64,000 bases of DNA from Squalus acanthias (Eukaryota): the NCBI GenBank assembly GCA_030390025.1, contig CM059432.1:54066001-54130000 (forward strand), given 5' to 3'. The translations under genes were made by a program, and so were the position numbers. This document shows, in pieces, positions 40,658 to 51,800 of this stretch. Under the pieces are notes generated by a model that saw only the letters and a program-made list of their open reading frames with translations, was not told the origin of the DNA and did not search any database. Every line of letters starts with the position of its first letter. Within the stretch, counting starts at the first letter, position 1.

Positions 40658-42706
40658 CTAACGGGAGGAGGGAGCGCGGCCGCTAGTCGACCGCCACTCC
40701 CTTCTCAGCCCAGCGAGGAACTTCCGGATCTGACGCCGCTCGGCCGGGTCCACACCCCCGTCCGCGCCCATGGTTTTGACGGCGGCGCGGACGGAGCAAA
40801 CGAGCAGCGCCAGATCCGACCATTTATCAATGGCCAGCCGGATTATATCTTGGCGACCCTGGCCCATGGCCACAAAGTCCCGGAGTTCCACAACAGGGAT
40901 GAGGGGGGACCCGGAGGGAGGCACGAGGGTATCCGCCGCCTCGCTGGCGACGGAGTCCATGTCATCCTCAGTGTCTCCCGCCGGGTCCCCGTCCTCCTCC
41001 GGGGGGTCGCCATCAGCTGGCACTACCTCTGCCCCGATCCCACCCCCAGGATCGACGGCAGAGGAGTCCTCCCTGGGCTCCTCCAGAGGCGCCGGGTCAG
41101 GAAGCGGCGGCGGCTCAGGGGCCCCCCTCCGCCCCCGGCACCGGGGTGCATGGGGAAACCGGGGAGTACATTAATGCCAGTTCCCCCAACACCCCCGGCG
41201 CCAGCGTCGGAGTCGGAGTCAGGGGCCTTCCCCTTCACCGCCACCATCCTCTGACCCAGCGGACCAGGTCGAGCAGCACCTGGGAATAGTCTTGACCGTA
41301 TACGGCGGGCTCAGCCTCATCGGCCTCGCCCGCCCCGGGCCCCAGGACGCCCGACCTGGCGAGAAACAATGGTTCAATATATAGATCCTCCGCGGGTAGT
41401 TCCGCGACCCCCCCCACGAGCAGGGTCTCTTCCCCATCCCCAGGAGGCACAGGCTGGACAGATTCATCTGTCGTACCCTCCCGGGGGACAGGCGACTCCT
41501 GCCGAGTGTTGGTGACGGTGTCGGTGGTGGGGGGGGGTGGCGCAGCACACGCGGCGAGCGACGACTCCCCTTGCGAGGGGGGACCCTGTTCCTTGCGGTC
41601 CTCCTCCTCCTCTAGGGCGTTGCGCCTCCTTTTCAATGTGAAGGGACACGGAGGTTGGGAGACCTCCATGTGTACCGAGGCCTCCACCTCCGCTCCCTCC
41701 TGTCGAACAGTTTGCTCGGGTCTCTCGTGCAGGGGCCCAGGCCCGGCCGCAGGTCTTGATTTTGCCGCCTTGGCGGTTGCGGCCGCAGGCCCGGGCGCGA
41801 GGCCCCCCGCACTCTCGAGCACCGCCGCATCCTGCGCAAGGTACGGGGGCGTAAGCCTGGGTAGCTCATCCTGTACGTCAAGGGGACCCGCCTGAAGGTA
41901 TTTACTTTTCCTCCGCGCCTTCCTTCCGATCGGACGCTCCCCCTTCCCTCCGTCGGAGGCCACGACGGCGTTGACCTCCGGCGTCGACCGCGCATCGGGT
42001 GTCGCGGACGCGCAGACAGAAACGGGGGAGGAGCGGCGGCGGCGCCAGCCTTGGCCGCCTCAGATGTTTTGGCGGCCTTGGAGGCGGGGCAGTTCTTTCT
42101 TATGTGCCCCACCTCCTTGCAGGCGTGGCACCGCACACCGTCCGACGTCCAGAAGACGCAGTAGGCGGTCCCCTCGTGTTGGACGACAAACGCGCCTTCT
42201 GTGTCCTCCTCCCGCAGCAGCTGGATAAACAGCTGGCGCCGGAAGGAGAAGACGTGCCGGAGGCTGGCCTCCCTGCAGCCGAGCGGGATCGGATTAATCC
42301 CCGACCTCACCTCCCCCAGTTGACGTAGGTGAGGGAGGAGGAGCTCAACTGGAACAAAGGGCGGGACGTTTGAAAGGACAATTCGCTGCGCGGTGGCCTC
42401 AAGCAGATCCACCGGCAGGAAGGTCCCGCCCACGGTGAGCCCCTTCGTGACAGCCAGGGACACCGCCCGCTCCGACCCCAGGAAGAACACAGCCTTGCCG
42501 TACATTTTAGAGGCTGCTACGATGGCTGAGGGGCCGACTACCCCAGCCATGGCTTTAACGCAAGCCTCTATGGTCATGTTGGGGTGAGTGTAGCTCTTCA
42601 CCCCTAGCTTTTTTGTCAGTAACCTGAAAGGCGACGGGGCAGCACAAGCAGCGGGACTGGCTGTGGCTGCCACACCCACGTACGACCTTGCTGGCCCCGT
42701 CGCCAT
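40658..42706 (-). pseudogene. Tx1 ORF1 (nucleic-acid-binding, zinc knuckle), frameshifted
   Basis: IVAASKMYGKAVFFL, IVLSNVPPF, VFSFRRQ and CHACKEVGHIRKNC motifs. Confidence 0.9.
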
Positions 42707-43349
42707 AATGAGGTGTTATAAAGGGCTACACTCACCCCAAGTCACAGGCCGGGTGATGGTTGAAATGGCCTAGGTAGTTGTTTTTTTGTCTCTTCCCTGA
42801 GCAGAGGGGGTTGTTTTAAAAATGAAGGCACACCTCTCCCTTTGATGATTGGAATTGGGAGAGGGGCCTTCTCCCCTCTGCTCAAATGGGTAATTAATAG
42901 ATAAAGGATTGAGGTGCCTCGTTAGAGAGAGAGAGGCAGAGAGAGAGAGAGAGGGGGTGGGAAGGAGGGAGGCCGCAGGGGCTGGTTCGCCACTCAGGAT
43001 AGTGGGTGGGTGGGTGCTTACAGGGGGGGAGGCACTCTCTGATGTTAACTATAGTCTTTGTTGTTTTTCTGTTCTTCTGGTGGGGGGAGAAGATGTCTTC
43101 ACCTGGGAAAATAAAGCTGGAGATGCCCAGGCTCAGTCCACCACCAGGTCTTAACGATGTTGTAGATTGGGAAATAGGTTGATGACTTCGCCTGGGCAGC
43201 TCCAGCTGTCCCAGGTCAAGCAATAGGCAAGGGGTGCTTGTTGATGGTGTGTGTGGCCTAGTTGTTAGCAAGAGCCACACACACTCACACACACCCTTTG
43301 CTGTTCCGGTCTTCTCCTTCTTCTTTCCTCCCCCCACCTAAAATACAAA

Positions 43350-44248
43350 GGGGGAGAAATTCAGTATCGCCCCATTTGGGGCGCAATTATCAGCTGGGCG
43401 CAAAGATTAGCGCCTGGCGCTAATTATCTCCACCGACTGCAAACTTGACTTTTATCGCTCCTGGAGGTGATTGGAGCGCTAAATCAGGCGCTTCACACCT
43501 GTCTTAAGGCGCAAAGGCCGAGGAGCGAGGCGCTACCTTAGAGCGTTGGCGAAGCTCAGGCGATGTCAGTCAGCAATGGAACACACACACAATGGTGCGG
43601 GCCAGTTCTTAAAGGGGAGGGTTGATCTTGCTTTCCATCCACATCCTGCTCATTGCAGCCTTGAATCTCGGCCTGGAGAGACCTGCACATCAAATCTGCT
43701 GGAAAGAACAATGGAGAGTACCAGGGAAAGAGCTCAGAGTGCAGCCCCAACAGTCTCTTCTAAATCGATACAAGGAAGGGCAAATCAAAATGAACCTGCA
43801 AAGTGCTGCTCAGTACCCAAAACTCCTTCACACAGCGTTGAATCTCACCAGAAGTCTCTCTCTCTCTCTCTCTCTCTCAGAATGCGTGGTTCTAAAATGT
43901 CACCAACAATAAAAGGCAGGAAGTGGTCGCCTTTAAATAGCGCTCCCTCAGTCCCTTCCTGACTGCAAAATGCTCCCCTCAACCTGTCGTTGCTAGCGGC
44001 AGGCGGTAAGGCAGGGGTCGCCACTCAATATCCGCTCTGGGGCGATACCGGGGCGTTGCGCACTCGACTGACGTCATGATCTGCCGGCGCAGGAGATCGT
44101 GGCGGTACTGTTTAGCGCCGCCACAAAATGTCTAGTTAATTTCGCGAGCGGCGCAAACATCAGCGCGCCCAGGCGCTAGATGCTTCGCGCCCCATTAGCG
44201 CCCTCTTAAGGCGCTAACTGGAGGCGCAACCAACTGAATTTTTCCCCC
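43350..44248. mobile_element. PIF/Harbinger MITE in the Tx1 5' UTR
   Basis: TIRs GGGGGAGAAATTCAG / CTGAATTTTTCCCCC, flanks AAA / AGA; reverse-complement homologue of 30802-31686. Confidence 0.92.
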
Positions 44249-46754
44249 AGAGTCTTTTGGAGAGTTCCCTTTTTAACACCCACCTCTCGATGTTGTTTTC
44301 TTCTCAATGGCTCTCCCTCCTTCCAAGCAGATGTTGGTATTGGTTTTCTTCTCCCCTCTCTCCCTCTCCTGTAATGGAGACCAGTTGGGGAGGCAATGAT
44401 GTAATGGCGTCCTTCTGTTGTTGTTGTTGTTTCTTTGGTCTCCTCTCCTCTCTCTCCTCTCTCTCCTCTGGCACCTCAGCAGTAATAGTAGTTGTGGCAA
44501 CAGGCGTGGTGGAGGTGGAAAGGGTCTCCACTCTGCCCTTCGTGGCTCTGTCTTCTTCTCCTAGGCACAGAGAGAGACCTTTCCTCCCCTCTCCTCTCCT
44601 CTTCTCAACACTCTGTTCAAACTGCACTCAGTCCCGTTCACACAGCACCAAGCTGAGCTGAGCTGAGCTGAGAATCTCGCAGCCTGTGTCTCTCCAACAA
44701 AGGCGAAGCAAGGGAGCTCCTCCTTCCACTCCTCACCTGACTCCCTGACTCACCCAACTCGCATCACTCTGTTTAAACCGCACTCAGTCTCTTTAGTGAT
44801 GCTTTACTTGTGCACTACAACACAGAGCATAAGCTTAAGTTAGCATATGATGCTTCCAGGTACGGTGTGATAGCTGTCATAAGCCACGTAATGGATGATG
44901 GCCAAGAGAAACCAATCGCGTTCGCATCGCGAACCCTCACAAAGAGCGAAACAACCTATGCGCAAGTTGAAAAGGAAGCACTCGTCATAGTGTTTGGAAT
45001 CAAGAAATTCCAACAGTTCCTGATCGGCAGAAATTTACCCTGATAACCGATCACAAACCGTTCCTAGCAATATTGGGGCCCAATTCTGCCATCCCTGCAA
45101 TGGCCGCATCAAGAATGCAACATTGGGCAGTGTTGTTGTCACAATATGACTACACGATTGAATATCGCACTTCAAAGCAAAATGCAATCGCAGATGCCTT
45201 GTCCAGGTTGCCACATGAAGACTCATGTGTTGGGAGTGAAGGTGAGATTTTCCCGCTAGGTGCAGTTGACAAAGACTTTCCCGTGAATGCAACTGAGATT
45301 GCAAATGAGACTCAAAAGGACTTAGTACTGAAAAGAGTGCATGAAAACACCTTGAATGGATGGACTGATCAGTGTCTGGACACAGAGTTGAAACCATTCC
45401 ATAACTGTCCTACTGAATTGTCTTGTAAGCAAGGTTGTATCAAGTGGGGAAACAGAGTGGTGGTACCTACTTCTTTGAGAGATAGAATTCTGGCCGAACT
45501 TCATACTGAACATCTAGGGATCATCCGTATGAAATCAATTGCAAGAAGCTTTGTTTACTGGCCTGGATTGGACAGTGATCATGAATCACTTGTCAGCAAA
45601 TGCAGCGTTTGCCAAAATTGCAGAAACAAACCACCCAAAACTCCACTACAACCCTGATCATGGCCAAGTAAACCTTTTCTGACAATACATGTAGACTTCT
45701 GTGAGAAAGCAAATGATTATTTCCTGGTACTTGTAGATAGTCACTCAAAGTGGATTGAAGTGAAACACATTGGTTCAAATACTACAACTCAATGTACCAT
45801 AGATGAGTTGAGGTCTATCTTCGCATGTCAAGGCTTACCTGAAAAGCTTATTTCTGACAATGGCCCTCAGTTCCATTCTGCTCTATTCCAAGAGTTTATG
45901 AAATGGAACGGTATCAAACACACTCTCGTTCCACCATATCATCCAGCTTCAAATGGAGAAGCCGAAAGGTCAGTAAGAATAGTAAAAGAAGTTCTCAAAA
46001 AGCAAGTTTTGCAGGGTTGTTCGGGACTCAACATGAAGCAACGTTTGGCAATTTTTTTGCTGAAGTACAGAACTAGTCCGCACACTACAACTGGATATAC
46101 CCCAGCAGAACTTTTGATGTAGAGGAAATTGAGAACATGATTGAGTCTTGTTGAACCAAATTTAGCCACAAGATTTGAACAGAAACAGTTGTGTCAGAAA
46201 ATCACAATGACAGCAATCAGAAAGTACGCAGTTTCAGACAAAACGAGTGTGTTTGTGTCCTCAGTCCCCCTGGTAAGTCGAGTTCACACAAGTGGGATAT
46301 AGGAACCATAGTAGAGGTTGGTGGAACCAAGAGATATTTGGTTGAAATTGGTGACAACATCTGAAGTGTTCATGAAGACCAAATGATCTCTGCTAGAGAT
46401 GAACCAAGACGTGATCTTGAACCACTTGATCATGAACACGTACATGAGTTTGACTCCATTCAGACTTCAGAAACTGAAGTACCAGGTTCAAAAAAATCTG
46501 AGATAGAAACAGGAGCATCTTTGAGTTCGGAACCAGATAAAACAGCCCGAAAATTAGTTCAACACCAAAACCTTTTTGTAAGGAGATCAGGAAGGGTCTG
46601 CAAACCTGTTATGAAACTGGATTTATAGTTCATTTAAAAGAAAAGAAGCCAGGAGTTTTTGTTTTGTGGTACATGTAATGCTGGGAAATGTGGAACCATA
46701 GTTTGTTGTATTTGAGAGAGAATACATACTTTTATTTAAGGGGAAAGCAGCGTA

Positions 46755-46930
46755 CTCTTTTGATGGCACACTTAAAACAAATAAACTGTAACTAATAAAA
46801 CTTTAAATGAACCTAAACAACTTAAATTAAAATTGTGTTGGCCGGGGTGATGATGCACTCCAGTCCCCGCGGCACCCACCGGTCGCGGAAGGCCTCGAGC
46901 ATGCCGTCGGACACCGCGTGCTCCATCTCC
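46755..46930 (-). mobile_element. 5'-truncated Tx1 3' fragment inserted at the Gypsy PPT/LTR junction
   Basis: Homologous to 36661-36835; flanked by AAGGGGAAAGCAGCGTA / AGGGGGGAAGCAGTGTA. Confidence 0.85.
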
Positions 46931-46943
46931 AGGGGGGAAGCAG

Positions 46944-47091
46944 TGTAATATATTATCAAATGGTTGGTCACATGGTTTGTCACATGGCTTAGTATGAGCA
47001 TGCTCAGTTCACTCTGGCCTAGTAAACAAGCACCTTGACGAGTAACTCATCGTGACTCTGTCCTTCATTTGTTCTACCCACATATATTACA
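46944..47091 (+). repeat. Gypsy 3' LTR (148 bp) preceded by polypurine tract
   Basis: TGTAATATA...TATATTACA inverted termini immediately after AGGGGGGAAGCAG; AGTAAA poly(A)-like signal inside. Confidence 0.85.
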
Positions 47092-47536
47092 CAGAGTGCC
47101 ACCAGAAATCGGGATGCTCCTCCACTGGATTCTGTGGAGTGAACCAGCATTACCTCTGCAAGATGAGTTCTCAGCCCAGTTTGGCCCTGTAGGTGGGAGT
47201 TTGCGAAAGGTTGGGCAGTGACGGGAGACAGCGTGCATCATTAGCCCTTAAAGGGCTACACCCCACAACAAAACTGAATTTGACTTGTCAACTACCACGG
47301 AACTCATGGAACTCTGAAACTTACACTTAGATGCCTTGTTAAGAGGTCCCATGAAAGATTTTCACTGTAAGACCTCCTTTATATTTTACCTTTTTTAAAT
47401 TTGTTTTGTTCTACTGAAGTCATCTAAATGCTTCCATTACAGTCAGGTTTCCAGTGATTAAGTGGAACCTCAGGGATCTCATGAAAGGATTCCCTGCCAG
47501 ATTTCCCAGCCTCTACTCGCCTGTTCCAGTTTATTT

Positions 47537-49119
47537 AGAATAGAATCATAGAAAGTTACAGCACGGAAGGAGGCCATTTCGGCCCATCGTGTCCGCGGTG
47601 GCCAACAAAGAGCTATCCAGCCTAATCCCACTTCCCAGCGCTTGGTCCATAGCCCTGCAGGTTAGAGCATCACAAGTGCACATCCAAGTACTTTTTAAAT
47701 GTGGTTAGGGTTCCTGCCTCTACCACCCTTTCAGGCAGTGAGTTCCAGACCCCCACAACCCTCTGGGTGAAGAAATTTCCCCTCAAATCCCCTCTAAACC
47801 TTCCACCAATTACTTTAAATCTGTGCCCCCTGGTTTTTGACCCCTCTGCTAAGGGAAATAGGTCCTTTCTATCCACTTTATCTATGCCCCTCATAATTTT
47901 ATACACCTCAATAAGGTCTCCCTTCAGCCTCCTCTGTTCCAAGGAAAACAGACCCAGCCTGTCCAGTCTTTCCTCATAGCTAAGATTCTCTACTCCCGGC
48001 AACATCCTTGTAAATCTCCTCTGTACCCTCTCTAGTGCAATCACATCTTTCCTGTAATGTGGTGACCAGAACTGCACACAGTACTCTAGCTGAGGCCTAA
48101 CTAGTGTTTTATACAGTTGAAGCATAACCCCCCCTGCTCTTGTATTCTATGCCACGGCTAATAAAGGCAAGCATTCCGTATGCCTTCTTAACCACCTTAT
48201 CTACCTGGCCTGCTACCTTCAGGGATCTGTGGACATGCACTCCAAGGTCCCTTTGTTCCTCTACACTACTCAGTGTCCTACCATTTAATGTGTATTCCCT
48301 TTCCTTGTTAGCCCTCCCCAAATGCATTACCTCACACTTCTCCGGATTTAATTCTATTTGCCACTGTTCTGCCCACCTGACCAATTTATTGATATCTTCC
48401 TGCAGTCTACAGCTTCCTTCTTCAGTATCAACCACACAGCCGATTTTAGTATCATCTGCAAACTTCTTAATCATACCCCCTATATTCAAGTCTAGATCAT
48501 TGATATATACCACAAAAAGCAAGGGACCTAGTACTGAGCCCTGCGGAACCCCACTGGAAACAGCCTTCCAGTCACAAAAACACCCATCAACCATTACCCT
48601 CTGCTTCCTGTCTCCGAGCCAGTTTTGAATCCAACTTGACACTTTGCCCTGGATCCCATGGGCTTTTAACTTCGTGACCAGTCTGCCATGTGGAACCTTA
48701 TCAAAAGCCTTGCTAAAGTCCATATAAACTACATCAAACGCACTACCCTCATCTACCCTCCTTGTTACCTCCTCAAAAAATTCAATCAAGTTTGTCAGAC
48801 ACAACCTTCCCTTAACAAATCTGTGCTGACTATCCTTGATTAATCCGTGTCTTTCTAAATGAAGATTTATCCTGTCCTTCAGAATTCTTTCCAATCATTT
48901 TCCCACCACTGAGGTTAGGCTGACTGGCCTGTAATTACTCGGTCTATCCTTTTCTCCCTTTTTAAACAAGGGTATCACATTAGCAGTTCTCCAGTCCTCT
49001 GGCACCACACCTGAAGCCAGAGAGGATTGAAAAATGATGGTCAGGGCCTCTGCTATTTCCTCTTTTGCTTCACTTAACAGCCTGGGATACATTTCATCCT
49101 GGGCCTGGGAATTTAACCA
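47537..49119 (-). mobile_element. CR1 LINE 5'-truncated (RT)
   Basis: NYRPVSLTS, DFSKAFDKVPH, GVPQGSVLGP and FADD motifs; ATTT duplicated at 47533-47536 and 49120-49123. Confidence 0.95.
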
Positions 49120-49239
49120 ATTTCACAGTGAATTTGAAAAGCAAGTGTTATGGCAAAATCATGTGCAAATACTTTTGTCACTTGCAGACCTTCGCATCTT
49201 TTTGTTTCAACTTAGACATTACCATCTCCCTTTGCTTTG

Positions 49240-49570
49240 GTTCATTGGTTGTAAAGCGCTTTGAGACGTCCGGTGGTCGTGAAAGGTGCTATATAAATGT
49301 AAGTCTTTCTTTCTTTCTTTCTTCTTTGTACAATCATACCTTTCGTCATTTAATCTCTCCTGCCTGCCACCCTATCACAGACCTTCCCTTTTGTTCTTTC
49401 CTCCCCTTCCCTCGCCCCTTTCCCTGCCCCTGCACTTGCTTAAAATCTGTGACATCTCTTACTTTTTCCAGTTCTGACGAAAGGTCATCGGCCTGAAACG
49501 TTAACTCTGTTTCTCTCTCCACAGATGCTGCCTGACCTGCTGAGTGTTTCCAGCATTTTCTGTTTTTATT
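49240..49570 (+). mobile_element. SINE/L2 3' tail followed by a Penelope terminal fragment
   Basis: gtaaagcgctttgagacgtcc...tatataaatgtaagt(ctt)n, then a pyrimidine-rich Penelope-type end with a hammerhead motif. Confidence 0.75.
49470..49506 (+). ncRNA. Minimal hammerhead ribozyme motif (Penelope-associated)
   Basis: AGTT-CTGACGA-A-AGGTC(atc)GGCCT-GAAA-CGTT-AACT: intact CUGANGA and GAAA boxes, stem I AGTT/AACT, palindromic AACGTT in place of stem III. Confidence 0.8.
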
Positions 49571-50739
49571 ATTAAACATTGCCTGTATGCTCTGTAAAAA
49601 AATAATTCACAATCAAAAAGGCACAAAAAAAAGAGAATCATGCATTTTTAGGGGGAAAAAAAGAAAAAAGACAAAACCAGCACCAAAACAGTTTGTAAAA
49701 CTGAATTAAAAAAAACCTAGCAAATCATTTGCCTCTGAAGAGGACCGTCTCTTCTGGAGCTTCACTCACATCCACTTAAGATGGACAGAGTGCACAGCAT
49801 CATCCCATCCTAAACAGAGGAGAAATCATGCTGTGCTTAATTTAAATCATTTTAATATTTGAATTAAGCTCTCATGTTTAGGTAGAGCGCAAACTGTTTG
49901 AATTTGGCAGGGATCTCATGAAAGGATTCCCTGCCAGATTTCCCAGTCTCTACTCGCCTGTTCCACTTTATTTCACAGTGAATTGGAAAAGCATGTGTTA
50001 TGGCAAAATCATGTGCAAATACTTTAGTCATTTGCTTCCCATTTGACCTTTAAAAGGTTAGCAATAGGTGTAACAACACTGGTCAAGGAGTCAATTTTCA
50101 AAGATTTGTGCTTTGCTGCTATATTTTGTTGAAGCCGTTGGTGTTAAGCATCTTTTAGCAGCACAACAGAATTTTTAAACACTTGTGCCATTTTCTATCA
50201 CCATCTACAGTATTGCAAATCGCATATATGCAAATTATATGTAATGTTTGTAAATGCTGTGTTCGTGACACACATCAGTGCAGATCCTCAAAAGCATAGA
50301 AAGCATAGCGTGAGTAATGGCAGAACCTAATAAACAGACAGTACCACTTGAAAGTGTGCATAACATTACAATTAGATAAATATTGATGAAGTAGATGCTG
50401 ATTAGCTGACCAGTCTTAATAATTAATAAAGGAAGCAGCAGTCGTATAATTTGCTGAGCATATCAATAATTAATGTTTATAGTAGGAGTAATTTGCAAAA
50501 TAGATGAACTAAGCAGAAACATTCTGGTGTGGAAGGGATGTTGAAATCGTATGGAAGTTTCTGCTAAAATGTTACATTTTGAAGTTAATTTTTTTTTAGA
50601 AGTGTGTTTCTTGGTTCTGAGTAAAGCTTCAAATTGCTATTGATTTCCATATGTGAACTTGATCAAATATATGCTTTCGTATATTGATCTTAAACTTTAA
50701 AACTAAGTTGTGTGGAACATTTAAAATAAACATAACATA

Positions 50740-51466
50740 TCATTGCCTCAGGTGGTCTTGCGGTCCACGCATTTTGTGATGGGACAGGTTTCAATCCATA
50801 ACTTTTCACACGGTGATTTCCCAGTCCTAGCTGGATCAGCACAGGCATTTCTGTTTTTTGCTACGCATTTGGACTAGCATTATTTGATAGATAATATAAC
50901 ACTGAAAAATAATGTGCAAATTAACCTGGGTTAGTATTGTAACAGTCTTGTAGTCACTTTCTGATACTGGTCTGCGTAAAGCAGGTACCACTGGAGTATT
51001 TCGTAGAAATTAATTTGAGAGATGGATGAGAACACCACGGAAGAGGTTGAGCTGCACAGTCCAGTCACATCATGACTGTTGAGCTATTCGTACTATTTAG
51101 GTTAGGTTCTTCCGCTCCTCTTCCGTATTTTTTCTTTATCCTCCGTCCTCCGCCTGACTTGTCATGAACATGTCCTTCTCTTTGAAATATCGATGATCCA
51201 TTTCTTCCGTGTGTAGACGTATTCCTTGTAGCTTAAAGTTGTTCCCTTTTTCATCTGTTTGTCTGTTTCTTCTTGTGTCATATGCCGCAACCAATGGTTT
51301 GTCCCTATTCTGTTTTATCTCTAAAGTTTTACACATGCATTAATACAAACGTTACCCGTAACTCTCTTTTGGCCCGTGGGGGTACTCTAGCCTGAGTCCT
51401 CCCAGGGCTACATATTATGTTTACACAAACAAGCAAACTACACATGATATCGCGTAACACGTTCAT
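50740..51466 (-). pseudogene. Putative env N-terminal part, frameshifted and truncated
   Basis: 51466-51329 reads MNVLRDIMCSLLVCVNIICSPGRTQARVPPRAKR (signal-peptide-like plus basic RAKR). Downstream frames carry N-glycosylation sequons (NST, NSS) and a Cys-rich piece KCVAKNRNACADPARTGKSPCEKLWIETCPITKC. Acceptor-like cccccacag|G at 51544. Confidence 0.55.
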
Positions 51467-51570
51467 CTTATCACTTTATGTTAACAATGTCCCAAAGGCT
51501 ATATCGCCAACCTAACCACTTTGTTGCTTGTAAATTCTATTTTCCTGTGGGGGTGAATGGAATATTGTTA

Positions 51571-51798
51571 TTAAGCTGGTTCCTCGATCATAATCATTTG
51601 GATTCCCTCCTCCTGCTCGACCGGTTGGAGTTGACGGGACTGTTCCCATACATATTTCAGGATATATCCCAAGGTATATCCTATCAAGATAATACATATT
51701 ATCCAAACCAGTGTTTGTGTCAGCGTCCATTCCCATTCGTCATATTGTCTAGCATATTCTTCACTTTCTACAAAAGGTACTTGTTCTGGTGTAGCCAT
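51571..51798 (-). CDS. Putative retroviral accessory single-pass membrane protein (75 aa)
   Basis: ATG 2 nt after the pol stop; acidic N-terminus, hydrophobic TLVWIICIILIGYTLGYILKYVW, acidic C-terminus. Confidence 0.5.
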   Translation of the reverse strand: MATPEQVPFVESEEYARQYDEWEWTLTQTLVWIICIILIGYTLGYILKYVWEQSRQLQPVEQEEGIQMIMIEEPA

Positions 51799-51800
51799 TC

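Larger units (their letters stand above)
36661..44695 (-). mobile_element. Full-length Tx1-clade (L1 group) non-LTR retrotransposon
   Basis: ORF1 and ORF2 as listed below; short 3' UTR ending TCAAAAAGAG; long 5' UTR carrying a MITE; very CpG-rich. Confidence 0.93.
32271..44785 (-). mobile_element. Near full-length CR1 LINE (5' UTR interrupted by Tx1)
   Basis: ORF1 from 36166 with zinc finger and SGNH esterase (IVIGDSIVRGTDR); ORF2 APE (YFNARS, GDFN, SDH) and RT (35115-32554, frameshifted); (tcatag)n tail at 32271; AGTC duplicated at 32267-32270 and 44786-44789. Confidence 0.93.
28560..47091 (+). mobile_element. Ty3/Gypsy LTR retrotransposon (gag-pol), decayed, 5' LTR not found, split by nested insertions
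   Basis: gag from 28618 with two CCHC knuckles near 29295-29390; RT motifs WATPTVIVPK, IRLCGDYK, YPLP, FSKLDL; RNase H DAS...YAQVEKEAL (44810); integrase HHCC, SDNG and NGEAERSV (45500-46120); PPT and 3' LTR. Confidence 0.95.

Noticed and set aside
36819..42587. Many overlapping plus-strand and alternate-frame ORFs over the Tx1
   Set aside because: Expected from the very high GC content; shadows of ORF1/ORF2 with no motifs of their own.
49600..50740. Expected 3' LTR and PPT of the ERV
   Set aside because: No similarity to 55720-56385 found; the provirus appears 3'-truncated, so LTR dating and TSD are unavailable.
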